A stretch of 64,000 nt of DNA, taken from the NCBI GenBank assembly GCA_965214605.1, contig OZ243961.1, forward strand, positions 480,001-544,000, written 5' to 3'. Of the stretch, positions 1 to 9,953 are shown one piece after another. A model generated the notes under the pieces. It saw nothing but the letters and a program-made list of their open reading frames with translations, was not told the origin of the DNA and did no database searches. Each line of letters begins with the position of its first letter. The stretch's first letter is position 1. The stretch is from an uncultured Candidatus Binatia bacterium. GTDB taxonomy: Bacteria > Desulfobacterota > Binatia > Bin18. A program made the position numbers and the translations under genes.

Positions 1-1257
1 CGGCCGCCCGGTTTTGCCCGGAGCCCAGCCTGGCGTTCCAGTCACCGGTACCTGAGACATATTACACAGCGGAATCATGATCGGTAGGACGGTTTCGACC
101 GGTCCGTCTTTGACAAAGCGCTCAATGATCGGGTCCCAGAAGTGGGTGCCCCAGGTCTCCTCCCAGCCCGGATATTTTTCTTCCAGCCATTCCCGCTCGG
201 CCGGGCTGACCCCAGGCGGCACGTCCCACCAGACGGACTGGTGAAAGGTCCAGATACCGGCGTGCATACCGTGGTGGCGGGTATTCAGGTCGTTCAGCAT
301 AATGTCCCAATACCACGGCCGATCCAGACCAATATCAATCAGGGTCCGTTCAAACTGCCCGAAGACCCACTCAAGCATAAATTCCTTAAAGGATTGTTGG
401 CGGCGATCAAGCGGCGTGTAGTAGTCCATTGACGGACCGGTCACTGTGGCGAACAAGGTCCAAGCCCGCCACATGGCAACATCGACCAAGTGCTGGGCGT
501 ACTCTTGGTGGCCGTGTTCAATGAGAATTTTCACGGCCGGACCGCCGATCTGGGCGTGGCGTGCCTCGTCGGTCTGGATACTGGAGGCCAGATTTGAAAA
601 CACCATATCGCCCGCCTTGGCCGCGTCGGCCGCCAAGCCCAAGAACTGGAGGTTTGAAAACCCGGTCTCAAAGGCAAAGGTCAGCATAACCGCCACCCCA
701 ACCGCGTCGCGTGCCGACATAATATCGTCAAACAGATGGCGGGCCGCCACTACCGCCCATTCGTTGGTATGCATAGACTTAGCCGCCCAATCGAACTGAC
801 GGCTGCGCTGGACGTGCTCGTGCGGAAAATAGAGCTGAATCTGGCCATGGCGGTTTTCATCTAAGGAGCCAAAGGTCGCCATATTCCGCATGCCGCCGGC
901 CTTGCCAAAGCGGGCCATGCGCGATTCGGCACCTGACGCCATAGCCTCAAGAATCGCAAACGCCCCGTAGTGGAGTTTCAGGATACTGGTCCAACCCGCC
1001 TCGGCCGTATCCAGAAAATTGGCCCGTTGCAGGGCGGCTTTGACCGCATACACCCCCGCGTCTTTTTCCCGCTGAGTACGCACGTACTCTCGATACCCCA
1101 CCTTATAGGGCTCATCATAGCGGTCCCAGGTCTCAAGCGACAAACCCAACGCGCCGCTCTGCTCCTCGGGAAAGAGGTCGTCTTCGGTAACATAGGTTGG
1201 GCTCCAGTTGGTCGAGCGGGCGATATCGTACCAGTCGGCGCGATTGAGCAGAGCCAT
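1..1257 (-). CDS. tmoA: Soluble di-iron (toluene/alkene/isoprene-type) monooxygenase hydroxylase alpha subunit, 3'-partial (runs off window)
   Basis: Manual translation from ATG at 1257 (RBS AAGGAG): MALLNRADWYDIARSTNWSPTYV...YDEPYK...QREKDAG...DENRHGQIQ...FETGFSN...IQTDEARHAQ...WLEEKYPGW. Both DExRH iron motifs are intact and the frame is open to position 1. Confidence 0.93.
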   Translation of the reverse strand, partial: MALLNRADWYDIARSTNWSPTYVTEDDLFPEEQSGALGLSLETWDRYDEPYKVGYREYVRTQREKDAGVYAVKAALQRANFLDTAEAGWTSILKLHYGAFAILEAMASGAESRMARFGKAGGMRNMATFGSLDENRHGQIQLYFPHEHVQRSRQFDWAAKSMHTNEWAVVAARHLFDDIMSARDAVGVAVMLTFAFETGFSNLQFLGLAADAAKAGDMVFSNLASSIQTDEARHAQIGGPAVKILIEHGHQEYAQHLVDVAMWRAWTLFATVTGPSMDYYTPLDRRQQSFKEFMLEWVFGQFERTLIDIGLDRPWYWDIMLNDLNTRHHGMHAGIWTFHQSVWWDVPPGVSPAEREWLEEKYPGWEETWGTHFWDPIIERFVKDGPVETVLPIMIPLCNMSQVPVTGTPGWAPGKTGRP

Positions 1258-1512
1258 GGGATACTCCTTTTGGTCGGGTAGTGATGAGGCCGCCCGCTGA
1301 GCCTAACATTTCTTCTTCCGCTTCGACCCGGTTTGTCCTTGCCAAAAACGAGCTCGGGCTCGGGAAACACTAAGCCATTTCGCCGCACGGAGCAACATGC
1401 CGACTGCACCAGGATCACGATTTTTGACCAGCTCATAAGACGAGCAATCCACTGCTCTCGAAATAGGCCGGTGCACACGCTACTCTAGTGCGTAAAGACA
1501 TCGGAGGAAAAT

Positions 1513-2022
1513 ATGTCGGGAGACAACGCCGCGCTCCAGGAGTTACTCGATAAACAGGCCTGCCAAGAGGTCTTAACCCGCTATGCCCGGGCTCTTGATT
1601 GGGTTGATGAAGAAGCATTAAAAACCGTTTTTTTCCCGGACGCAGAGATAGACTATGGATTTTTTACCGGCCGTGGGGACGAGTTCATTCCGGTCGTGAT
1701 TGAGCTGGAACGGGGGTTTTTGCGTCGCTGGCATCATAACGGTCCTGCCCTCATCAAGCTCAGCGGCGATGTGGCCGAAGCCGAGAGCTATGGTCTGGCC
1801 GCGGCTGTATCGGAGCAAGACGGCCAGACGGTCACCAGCGTCTTTGGCGGACGCTACTTTGACCGTTTGGAGCGCCGTGACGGGCAGTGGAGTATTGCCA
1901 AACGGAGGTACCTCTTAGACTGGCATCGCTCCTTTGAGATGGATACGGCAACCGAAGCCGTTCCAGGCCTCAACTGGCTCGACGGAGCGAGTCCGGACCA
2001 TCCGATGTACCGCCGCCTGTAG
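1513..2022 (+). CDS. SnoaL-like / NTF2-family protein
   Basis: LLDKQACQEVLTRYARALD...GGRYFDRLERRDGQWSIAKR pattern; GGAGG RBS. Confidence 0.85.
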   Translation: MSGDNAALQELLDKQACQEVLTRYARALDWVDEEALKTVFFPDAEIDYGFFTGRGDEFIPVVIELERGFLRRWHHNGPALIKLSGDVAEAESYGLAAAVSEQDGQTVTSVFGGRYFDRLERRDGQWSIAKRRYLLDWHRSFEMDTATEAVPGLNWLDGASPDHPMYRRL

Positions 2023-2311
2023 GAGCAAGCCATGGCGCTCTATCGCGCGCGTTGTGGTGGATGAAATCTCCTCCGGAATTAGGACGATGCCCGCAATTGT
2101 CTCGGACTGCTCTGTGGCTTCGTCGGACGATCGAGGGGTCCGATTCGGTCGGGCGAGCCGTTCGCAGAACACAGCTGTATTATCAATCCAATTGGCCAGA
2201 CCGTGGTCGTGACCTTGTTTTTCAGCCGGGCGGCCGTCCTGTGATACCGACTGTGTCAGTGGTCCACAGCAACACTATCCGTGGAATGGGTTGACTGGCG
2301 GGGCAGCGGTG

Positions 2312-2770
2312 TCATGGGCTGTCAAGCTGTGGAGTCACCCGCACCGCAACGATCTTGCCGGCCTGCACTCGGTCGGCTACAGGCCTTGCCCAATAGGCCA
2401 GCCACGCCATCCAATATTTTCGCTCGTACTCAGCGTTGATCCGGTCTAAAATCAGCCTATCGGTCACGATATGTGTCTCTCCAATAAAGGCCGGATCGGC
2501 CGTGTCGTTCAGCCGCACCTGGACCAGACTCCCCCGGCGGATACGTCGGGCTTTATACGAGCTTGGCGCGGTATGGAAATAGAGGTCTTTCCCGTCATAC
2601 ATGAACCAGACCGGAGCCGCCCTGCCCCACTCGCCGTTTGCGCGCTGGGTCGCTATGGATATCAGTTTTTGCGTTTCCAGAGCCGTTTTCACCGAGTCGT
2701 TCAACTGGTCTACCCCATAAGCGATGCTCCACACACCGAGGGTTAGTAGGATAGCGAGAAGAATAGGCAT
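2312..2770 (-). CDS. Pyridoxamine-5'-phosphate oxidase-like (split-barrel) protein with N-terminal signal peptide
   Basis: ISIATQRANG...APVWF...SYKARRIRR motif; hydrophobic N-terminus. Confidence 0.7.
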   Translation of the reverse strand: MPILLAILLTLGVWSIAYGVDQLNDSVKTALETQKLISIATQRANGEWGRAAPVWFMYDGKDLYFHTAPSSYKARRIRRGSLVQVRLNDTADPAFIGETHIVTDRLILDRINAEYERKYWMAWLAYWARPVADRVQAGKIVAVRVTPQLDSP

Positions 2771-2817
2771 AAGAAGTGTCTCTCCATCTGTCAGGAGCGG
2801 CTGCGTTGGCTGCGCGC

Positions 2818-3576
2818 TTAGGTCCGTAAATATGACGCCCCGTTCACATCAATGATACTGCCGGTGGCAAAGTCGGCCTGACCAGAAGCCAGAAAAGCGA
2901 CAATCGCAGCCACTTCCTCGGGCTTGCCCACCCGGTTCAACGGACTCTGGGCTCGAATGGCATCCCCGCGCGAACTGGCCAGAATCGAGGCCGACATATC
3001 GGTCTCGACAAAGCCGGGCGCCACCACGTACACAAAGATATTATCCGGCGCCAAAGCTTGGGCCAGCGACTGACTCATAATGTTGAGGGCGGCTTTGCTG
3101 GAGGCGTAGGCGGGTGATTTGGGCGCGCCCCGGAAGGCGCCCCGAGACGAAACATTCACAATATGTCCCCCGCCGTTGTCCTTCATGTGGCGGGCCGCCC
3201 AGAACATCACGTTGGACGGTCCAATCAGATTGGTATCCAGAGTGCGCCGCCAGACATCGTTCCACCCCTCGTAGTCGACCCGTAGAATGGGCTGCCACTC
3301 GTTGATCGCGGCATTGTTAACCACGACATGCAGGCCGTCCATGTGGGCGGTAATGGCACCAACCATTTCCTCGATCGCCTGCGGCTCCGTCAGATTAGCC
3401 TGGAAGATCTGGTGCGGCCCACCGCTCAGAGCCTCTAGGGTCTCCTCAGCTGCTGATCGGTCTTGATTATAATGAATCGCGATCCGCCCGCCCTGCTGAG
3501 CGAGCTGCCGGGCAATGGCGCGGCCGATGCCACGGGACGCGCCGGTGACTAGGGCGACTTTGTTTGTCACGCTCAT
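2818..3576 (-). CDS. SDR family oxidoreductase
   Basis: TGASRGIG, NNAA, YASSK; ATG 3576 with GGAGG RBS. Confidence 0.92.
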   Translation of the reverse strand: MSVTNKVALVTGASRGIGRAIARQLAQQGGRIAIHYNQDRSAAEETLEALSGGPHQIFQANLTEPQAIEEMVGAITAHMDGLHVVVNNAAINEWQPILRVDYEGWNDVWRRTLDTNLIGPSNVMFWAARHMKDNGGGHIVNVSSRGAFRGAPKSPAYASSKAALNIMSQSLAQALAPDNIFVYVVAPGFVETDMSASILASSRGDAIRAQSPLNRVGKPEEVAAIVAFLASGQADFATGSIIDVNGASYLRT

Positions 3577-3677
3577 GAATACGCCTCCGCTTGGTTCTTG
3601 GTCCAAAGACGACCGTAGATTCAAGAAGAATTGAATGATATGGCAGCCGTATAAACAGTGTGGGAGGAGCAGAGCAT

Positions 3678-4166
3678 ATGCAGATGACGCATCATTCGAC
3701 AATCGTCCTCAGTCTCGCCTTTTTGATGTTGTGTTTGTCGCCGCTCGCGCACGGGGCGGACGACGACCTCGCAGCTCTCAAAGCAAACTTTGAGGCGGAA
3801 ATGGCAGCTCTCAATAACAGCGACCTGGCCGCGACGCTAGCTGAGACCCACGATGATATCGTTCTGTTCGGGATCTTCTCACCTTTTCCTTCAGATGGCA
3901 AGAAAGAGTTTAAGCAAGCGGTCGAATCGTACTTCGGCAGCTATGCCAAGGCCGAATTTACCCCTGTCTCGCCGCAGTTTCGTATTGTTGGTAGAACCGC
4001 AGTCGCCTGGGGCCACTACCAGTTAGCCGCCACCCCCAAGGGGGGGGAACAGCCGTCCTACTCACACGGTCGCTATATCTTTACTCATGTCAAGATCGAC
4101 GACAAATGGCTCATTCTGAGCATGCATATCTCACCGCTTGAACCGTACAGACAGCCCCCGTTCTAA
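3678..4166 (+). CDS. Exported NTF2-like (DUF4440/SnoaL) protein
   Basis: Signal peptide ending in AHG-A; GRYIFTHVKIDDKWLILSMHIS C-terminus. Confidence 0.75.
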   Translation: MQMTHHSTIVLSLAFLMLCLSPLAHGADDDLAALKANFEAEMAALNNSDLAATLAETHDDIVLFGIFSPFPSDGKKEFKQAVESYFGSYAKAEFTPVSPQFRIVGRTAVAWGHYQLAATPKGGEQPSYSHGRYIFTHVKIDDKWLILSMHISPLEPYRQPPF

Positions 4167-5257
4167 ACTCCGGCCGCCTGTGGCTGGGCGCGCCGATCAG
4201 ACTCAGCCACCAGAGCCCGGATGTGGGGAATCAGCTCCCTACCAAATTCTTCGGCATCCTTTAACGGATCAAAACCCCGAATTAATACGCCATCAACGCC
4301 GAGAGCATAATAGCCTACGATCGCTTCGGCGACTTGCTCAGGGGTGCCGACCAGGGCCGTGGTGTTGCCGCTCGCTCCGGACACCTCGACCAATCCGGTC
4401 CACAGCCGCTCGTCGTAGACCTCGCCCTCATTGGCAAGATGCATCAGGCGACGGCTAAACTCGGCCTCAACCGCAACCGACAGTTTCTGGGGTGACCGTT
4501 CTAGTTGGGCCAGAATGCCTCGGGCCTTGTCCCAAGCGGCCCCTTCGGTCGGGGCAATGATCGGACGAAAGGAGATGTTAAAACGGGGCCGGCGTGTATA
4601 CTGCGCGGCTTGATCAGTGATACGGTCTATCATCACCCGCACCGCGGCGCGCGGTTCGCCAAACAGCGCATACACATCACTGTGCTTTGCGCCGACCCGG
4701 ATAGCAGCGTCCGATGCACCACCGAAATAGATTGGTGGGTGGGGCTGCTGGAAAGGGTGCACTTCGGAAAAGGCTTTTTTCAGGCGATAGAAACGTCCCT
4801 CAAAGCTAAACGGTCTGTCTGAGGTCCAGACCTTGCGCAAGATTTCGAGATACTCATCACTACGGGAATAGCGTTCATCGTGGCCGAGCCAGTCGCCGTC
4901 ACGGCGCTGTTCCTTGTCCGCTCCTCCAGAAATGATGTGGAGCCATAGCCGTCCATCGGTCAGGTTATCAAACGTTGCTGCGGTACGAGCGGCCAGGGTC
5001 GGCATGACAAAACCCGGCCGATGGGCAATCAGGAACTTCAAGCGCTCGGTATGGGCGGCGGCGTACTGGGCAATCTGGAATCCTTCTGCCGAAGAAGACG
5101 TGTAGCCGACCAGCACCGCATCAAAGCCGGCGGCCTCGTGGACCTGTGAGAAGCGGCGTACATAGTCCCGATCAACCCCACCCCCAATGACGTGTACGGT
5201 TGCTCCACCAGCCGGCGGAGCAACGCCTATCATCCCCAAAATATTCATCGGCATCAT
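4163..5257 (-). CDS. LLM-class flavin-dependent monooxygenase (SsuD-like)
   Basis: TERLKFLIAHRPG, PPIYFGGAS, ALVGTPEQVA. Confidence 0.9.
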   Translation of the reverse strand: MMPMNILGMIGVAPPAGGATVHVIGGGVDRDYVRRFSQVHEAAGFDAVLVGYTSSSAEGFQIAQYAAAHTERLKFLIAHRPGFVMPTLAARTAATFDNLTDGRLWLHIISGGADKEQRRDGDWLGHDERYSRSDEYLEILRKVWTSDRPFSFEGRFYRLKKAFSEVHPFQQPHPPIYFGGASDAAIRVGAKHSDVYALFGEPRAAVRVMIDRITDQAAQYTRRPRFNISFRPIIAPTEGAAWDKARGILAQLERSPQKLSVAVEAEFSRRLMHLANEGEVYDERLWTGLVEVSGASGNTTALVGTPEQVAEAIVGYYALGVDGVLIRGFDPLKDAEEFGRELIPHIRALVAESDRRAQPQAAGV

Positions 5258-5296
5258 CTCTCTCCAAGCTCACTCACAGCATACGAGAGTGTTCCA

Positions 5297-6202
5297 CTAG
5301 GGGAGTTCAAACTGGAAGGCGTCTGGACGGATGGTCAGTACCGGACAGCAGGCGGTCCGGACGACTTCCTCAGTCACCCCGCCTAGTAACATATGCGCCA
5401 GCCCGGTCCGCCCGTGGGTACCGATCACAAGCAGATCAGCCTGCTGCTCCTCAGCCTGCTGAATAATCGTGCTGGCGGCCAAACCGGTGATGGTCCGACG
5501 CTCCCAGGTAATCTGCTGGAGAAAGGGCAAACCGGACAAAAATTCTTGCCACTCGAGTTCGAGATCTTGAGCCTCAACAACCGGCAGCGGAGGCAGCGCG
5601 GGCATGTCGGCTCCGGTGGTAGCGGGATAGATGTTTAATACATCAATAGCGTGCAGGAAAATCACCCGAGCGCCAAAGCTAGCGGCTAGGGTCAGGGCTT
5701 CCTCAGCCGCTTTTCTGGCGCCGATGGAGAAATCGGTGGGCACTAACAGCGTTTTAGCCTCAGTGCTAAACGGCGTTTTGGCAATCAGGACAGGCACCAT
5801 GGCTTTGCGTACTACCCGCTCACTAGTCCGTCCTAGCCCCTGCTCTTCCCCCCGTTCATTCCCGCCCACCACAATCAGATCGGCGTTCCAGGCCCGACGG
5901 GCCACAATCAGCTCGACAAACGGCTTACCGGTATGGACTTCATAGTCGACCGACAAATTTTCCAGCGAACTCCTCGAAGCAATCGTTTCAAGCGTGCTCC
6001 CGGCCCGTTGAGCGAGCTCTTCGGGTGAGTAGGGAGAGGTCAGAGGGTGGGAGAGGCGTTGATAGAAATGGAGCGCCTCAATCACATGGACGAGGCGCAA
6101 CGCGGCCCCGGAGCGGGCGGCAAAAGCGGCGGCCGCCTGCACGGCAATCTCTCCGCCGGTTCTGAAGTCGTGCCCCACAAGGATGCGGTGGAGTTGTTGC
6201 AT
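5297..6202 (-). CDS. Tandem-domain universal stress protein
   Basis: Two USP domains: RILVGHDF.../LLVPTDFS...ADLLVIGTHGRTG...GGVTEEVVR. Confidence 0.92.
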   Translation of the reverse strand: MQQLHRILVGHDFRTGGEIAVQAAAAFAARSGAALRLVHVIEALHFYQRLSHPLTSPYSPEELAQRAGSTLETIASRSSLENLSVDYEVHTGKPFVELIVARRAWNADLIVVGGNERGEEQGLGRTSERVVRKAMVPVLIAKTPFSTEAKTLLVPTDFSIGARKAAEEALTLAASFGARVIFLHAIDVLNIYPATTGADMPALPPLPVVEAQDLELEWQEFLSGLPFLQQITWERRTITGLAASTIIQQAEEQQADLLVIGTHGRTGLAHMLLGGVTEEVVRTACCPVLTIRPDAFQFELP

Positions 6203-6498
6203 GGTAGCTCTCCTGTTTCTGCTTCCTGTCAGTGTCACCGATACAGCGTGGAAAAATCATAACACAAAAGGAGTCGTATAGTGATATTGGCCATAAGCCG
6301 CAGTCGGGTCTGTTCATCTGCGTCCGTGGTATTGAGACTCGTGACCGCCCCTCTCTCAGAGCCGTACCCCGCCACTGTCCTCATTTTGCAACGAGAACGC
6401 GTGTCCGTATCCTACACAGACAAGCCATTTTGGACTCAAATACGACCAAACCGGTGCGTGGATGCGGACTTTCGCCTGGTCCTGTGCGATGCCGATTT

Positions 6499-6514
6499 TG
6501 GCACGTCCTTTGCA
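6499..6514 (+). promoter_or_regulatory. Sigma54 (-24/-12) promoter
   Basis: TGGCAC-GTCCT-TTGCA, a consensus match 27 bp upstream of the ATG at 6542. Confidence 0.8.
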
Positions 6515-6541
6515 CCTTTTTGAGACAGAGGAGGAAGGTCT

Positions 6542-6970
6542 ATGAAACAGCGTATCTATTTGTTCGTCCTTGTTCTCGGCCTCGTCACGTGCTGGGCTGG
6601 CTCAGCACACGCTCGGTTTTCCTACCCTGATGCCCCTCCCTATGTGCGTTTGTCTGGGGTAGTACTGCCGCTCGGCTCCCAAGACAGTGCTGAGCTTCGC
6701 AGCCTCACCGTGTTTATCTACGGGCAACTGTGGCGTTTTCGGCTCGACGCGGCAGAAGAGGTGACAAATGGCAACCATACCCAGCTCCACCTGCGTGATT
6801 TCATGTGGTGCTCAATCCGTCTGTATGGCTCTGAGGACCTGCTTGCTCCACTTCAGCAGCCCGAGATTACCGGCAAGCACCTGACGATTGAGGGACACCT
6901 GTATTCCAAAGAACGCCGACTGTTGGTGACTGCCATGGAGGCGACCCCAACAGTCGCCCGAGCGCACTGA
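6542..6970 (+). CDS. Hypothetical exported protein
   Basis: GAGGAGG RBS; signal peptide ending AHA; sigma54 promoter upstream. Confidence 0.75.
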   Translation: MKQRIYLFVLVLGLVTCWAGSAHARFSYPDAPPYVRLSGVVLPLGSQDSAELRSLTVFIYGQLWRFRLDAAEEVTNGNHTQLHLRDFMWCSIRLYGSEDLLAPLQQPEITGKHLTIEGHLYSKERRLLVTAMEATPTVARAH

Positions 6971-7130
6971 GTCTCGCCGGTCTTCCATCGGACTCGAGGC
7001 ACCCCTCTCCATTTGGACGATTATTAGACGAAGGAACTCTACTGGAGTATGATCCGGCTTATACGCTAAGCCTGGTGGGGCCTCCTAGCGTCTAGTGAGG
7101 GAGGAAGAACCAGTTGGAGAGGAGTGAGAG

Positions 7131-7535
7131 ATGAAAGGACACGCCCGTCAACTCATGACCGCTCAGGTGGCGACGGCTTCACCTGAGACAACCTTGGCTG
7201 AGGCAGCTCGTGAGCTGGCCAGCGTCATGATCAGCGGTTTGCCGGTTGTAGATGGCTCGGGCCAAGTCGTGGGAATCATCACCGAGAGCGATCTGCTGAG
7301 CGCTCTGCTCCGATCGGAGTCAGCCGAGACACCGGTTCGCACCCTGATGACCCGGTCAGTTGTCACGGTCGATGAGTTTGCCTCGGCTGACAGCGTTGTC
7401 CGCCTCCTACGTCTCAAGCAGCTCCACCATCTGCCCGTCACCCGTCAAGGAAGTGTGGTGGGCTTAATCACCCCTCAAGACGTGATTCACTACGTTGTGA
7501 CTCACGAGCTGCCGCTGCCGCCCGACGTCGCCTGA
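7131..7535 (+). CDS. CBS-domain pair protein
   Basis: ISGLPVVD...VVGIITESDLL; HHLPV...VVGLIT. Confidence 0.9.
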   Translation: MKGHARQLMTAQVATASPETTLAEAARELASVMISGLPVVDGSGQVVGIITESDLLSALLRSESAETPVRTLMTRSVVTVDEFASADSVVRLLRLKQLHHLPVTRQGSVVGLITPQDVIHYVVTHELPLPPDVA

Positions 7536-7551
7536 GCTGTGCTGAGTCTGA

Positions 7552-7983
7552 CTAGCTGCGCTGGATAAAGTCTCTGAGATAGCGATTCTCAAACTCGGCA
7601 GCTTCCAGCTGCGCCTTGACCACATCCCCGATAGAGATCATTCCGGCCAAACGTTCACCATCCAGAATAGGCAGATGTCGAATGCGATTATGGGTCATAA
7701 TGCCCATAATATACGCCACCTCATCCTCAGGGACGGCAATAATCGGGTTGGTACTCATGATCTCCCGAACCATCATCTCTTTCATATCCTCGGGGTGCGT
7801 CGCACACTCGCCTAACAGATCGCGCTCGGTGATAATCCCAACGATGGGGGCGTGTCTGTCAATGACGACCAGGGAGCCGATCCGCAGCGTGATGAAGCGC
7901 TCTAGGGCGTCGTGCAGGCTTGCATCGGCCGCTATAGTTGCCACCGCTGTTCCCTTATGCTTCAAAATATCCTTGACCTTCAT
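7552..7983 (-). CDS. CBS-domain pair protein
   Basis: IGSLVV...GIITERD...RIRHLPI...GMISIGDVVK. Confidence 0.92.
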   Translation of the reverse strand: MKVKDILKHKGTAVATIAADASLHDALERFITLRIGSLVVIDRHAPIVGIITERDLLGECATHPEDMKEMMVREIMSTNPIIAVPEDEVAYIMGIMTHNRIRHLPILDGERLAGMISIGDVVKAQLEAAEFENRYLRDFIQRS

Positions 7984-8062
7984 ACTTCATCTCCGTTCGT
8001 GAACTCTCCCGCGTCAGCGCCGACGGACGACCGGAACTGCTGGTGAAATTTTGTCTAGAGGT

Positions 8063-8443
8063 CTATACGGCCCTCCTTGTTTTTGACTCGATCACTTCTA
8101 TGTCACGCCACGACTGAGAGATATATTCCCACAGGCAGTGTAGGACCTCGTGGAGGTCTTGGGGAGCGTACCAGCCGGTCGGGATGCCCGGTCCACGGCC
8201 CCACACGGCTTTCCCACAACGCTTGGCAATGGCGTAGGCGTCTGGCGAAGAGTCCGCCGCTTCGTCGCCCACCATATCGGTCAGTTCTTCATAGCTCAGC
8301 TCTTCCCAACGACTCGGATATTCGCCTTCGCCAAACCCATCATATCTAAGATGATGGACGAGATAGTCGCTTAGAGTCTCAAACTCGGTAAAGCGGAGCT
8401 CCTCTTGGTGACCGTAGCTGTCGGTGAATTTTATAATCAGCAT
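8063..8443 (-). CDS. Hypothetical acidic protein
   Basis: 126-aa ORF with GGAGGAG RBS and protein-like composition; no family recognised. Confidence 0.6.
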   Translation of the reverse strand: MLIIKFTDSYGHQEELRFTEFETLSDYLVHHLRYDGFGEGEYPSRWEELSYEELTDMVGDEAADSSPDAYAIAKRCGKAVWGRGPGIPTGWYAPQDLHEVLHCLWEYISQSWRDIEVIESKTRRAV

Positions 8444-9134
8444 ACCGCTCCTCCGTCACTGCGCATAGCCGACTTAGGCCGGTTGAGCAAAGGCCGCCAC
8501 GCTGGGCTGGACGAGCCGGGCAAAATCCGTATACCGCATCGGACAGCGTGGCAGTGCGTGCCCGCGTTGAACACAATTTCCTCCTCTTCCACCAGTGTCC
8601 TATCAACCCACACGTCCAGACCGAATAAATTCCCGAAGGGCGGCTCAGCTCCGGTCTCACAGGAAAGAGCAGTCGGAACTCTTGTTCGCCCTCTAGCCGT
8701 ACCCCCCTCCCCGAGCCGGGCCTGTCACTGCTCAAAATTAACCCGGTAACTCGCCGGCGGCACGGTCATGACCGACCGGATCACCCTGCTTAACCATAAC
8801 GACCTTAGCCACGTGTTTGCCGGGGATATGTTGGCAGGCGGCCGTTCTTTGAGCTGAATAGACCCGTGGATGGGTCAGCACCCGGTTATGGAACGTCGTG
8901 CGCCTCAAACACGTCTCACAGTTCCGGGAGGATTGCCATCCTGCTCCTCCCTGTCTCGACCGCCAAAAGCGGTCAGCTCAGCATATACAGAGCATCTGTC
9001 GCAAGCTGCGTGCCACGCAAAAACAGCCGGACAAAGCCGAGTTACGGCTTCTCTCAGCCCAGGGTGTTCCATTTCCAGGACAGACCGCGAGCCCGTGCGT
9101 TGCAAAGCTGGGACGCCGCGCTATAAAAAGGTGG

Positions 9135-9953
9135 ATGGTGAAAGACAAGAGACATGAGAGAGGCCGGCTCCAGCGAACGAAGTCGCGGGGTCGCAGAGCC
9201 GAAGATCGCCAACTAGAGAGCGAGCGGCTGGTCACAATGGGTCTCACCACAGCCAAGCTGATCCACGAAATTGGGAACCCTCTCAACGGAATGTCCACGA
9301 CGGTGCAGCTGCTGGAACGCGACCTGATGAAACCTGGTCCACCCGATAAGGAACTGCTCCGCTCGACCGTCCACGACCTGTCAAGTGAGATCAACCGCCT
9401 CCGCTCCCTGCTAGTCGAATTCCGCTCCCTGGCACGTCTCCACACGCTCAACCTTCAACCGATCGCACTAGCCAGCCTGGTCACAGAGCTACTTGCGGTG
9501 GAAATTGGCCAGTATGCGGAGCGGGGGATCCAGATCAAAAACGAGGTCCCGTCCGATTTACCCCTCGTCATGGGCGCCCAGGAGAAGCTCAAGCAGGTTG
9601 TGCTCAATCTGTGTCAGAACGCGGTGGAAGCCATGCCACAGGGTGGCAGCCTCACTATCCGGGCTGGCCATGCCGGTGGCCAGGTCACGCTGGAAGTGAT
9701 GGATACGGGGGCTGGTATTCCGGACGGCCTCGATATTTTTGAGCTGTTTACCACCACTAAACCGAGTGGGATGGGGTTGGGATTGGCTGTGGTAAGACAG
9801 ATTGTCTTAGCCCATGACGGAACGATTACCTATGCCAGTGAGCCAGGTCAGGGGACCATCTTTCGGCTCAGCCTACCAGCTCGTCTACCGGCCAAGACAA
9901 GACGGACCAGAGCGACTCGGACCGCAGCCAGGTCGCGCCCGCCGCGCGACTAA
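9135..9953 (+). CDS. Histidine kinase (HisKA + HATPase), no evident sensor domain
   Basis: H-box HEIGNPL, N-box NLCQNAVEAM, DTGAGI, FTTTK, GMGLGL; start uncertain. Confidence 0.85.
   Translation: MVKDKRHERGRLQRTKSRGRRAEDRQLESERLVTMGLTTAKLIHEIGNPLNGMSTTVQLLERDLMKPGPPDKELLRSTVHDLSSEINRLRSLLVEFRSLARLHTLNLQPIALASLVTELLAVEIGQYAERGIQIKNEVPSDLPLVMGAQEKLKQVVLNLCQNAVEAMPQGGSLTIRAGHAGGQVTLEVMDTGAGIPDGLDIFELFTTTKPSGMGLGLAVVRQIVLAHDGTITYASEPGQGTIFRLSLPARLPAKTRRTRATRTAARSRPPRD

Noticed and set aside
122-1478. Listed short ORFs at the left edge
   Set aside because: Shadow frames of the monooxygenase alpha-subunit gene (1-1257, minus strand).
8898-9134. N-terminal extension of the kinase ORF from the ORF track
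   Set aside because: No RBS and no sensor-like sequence; treated as upstream non-coding region.
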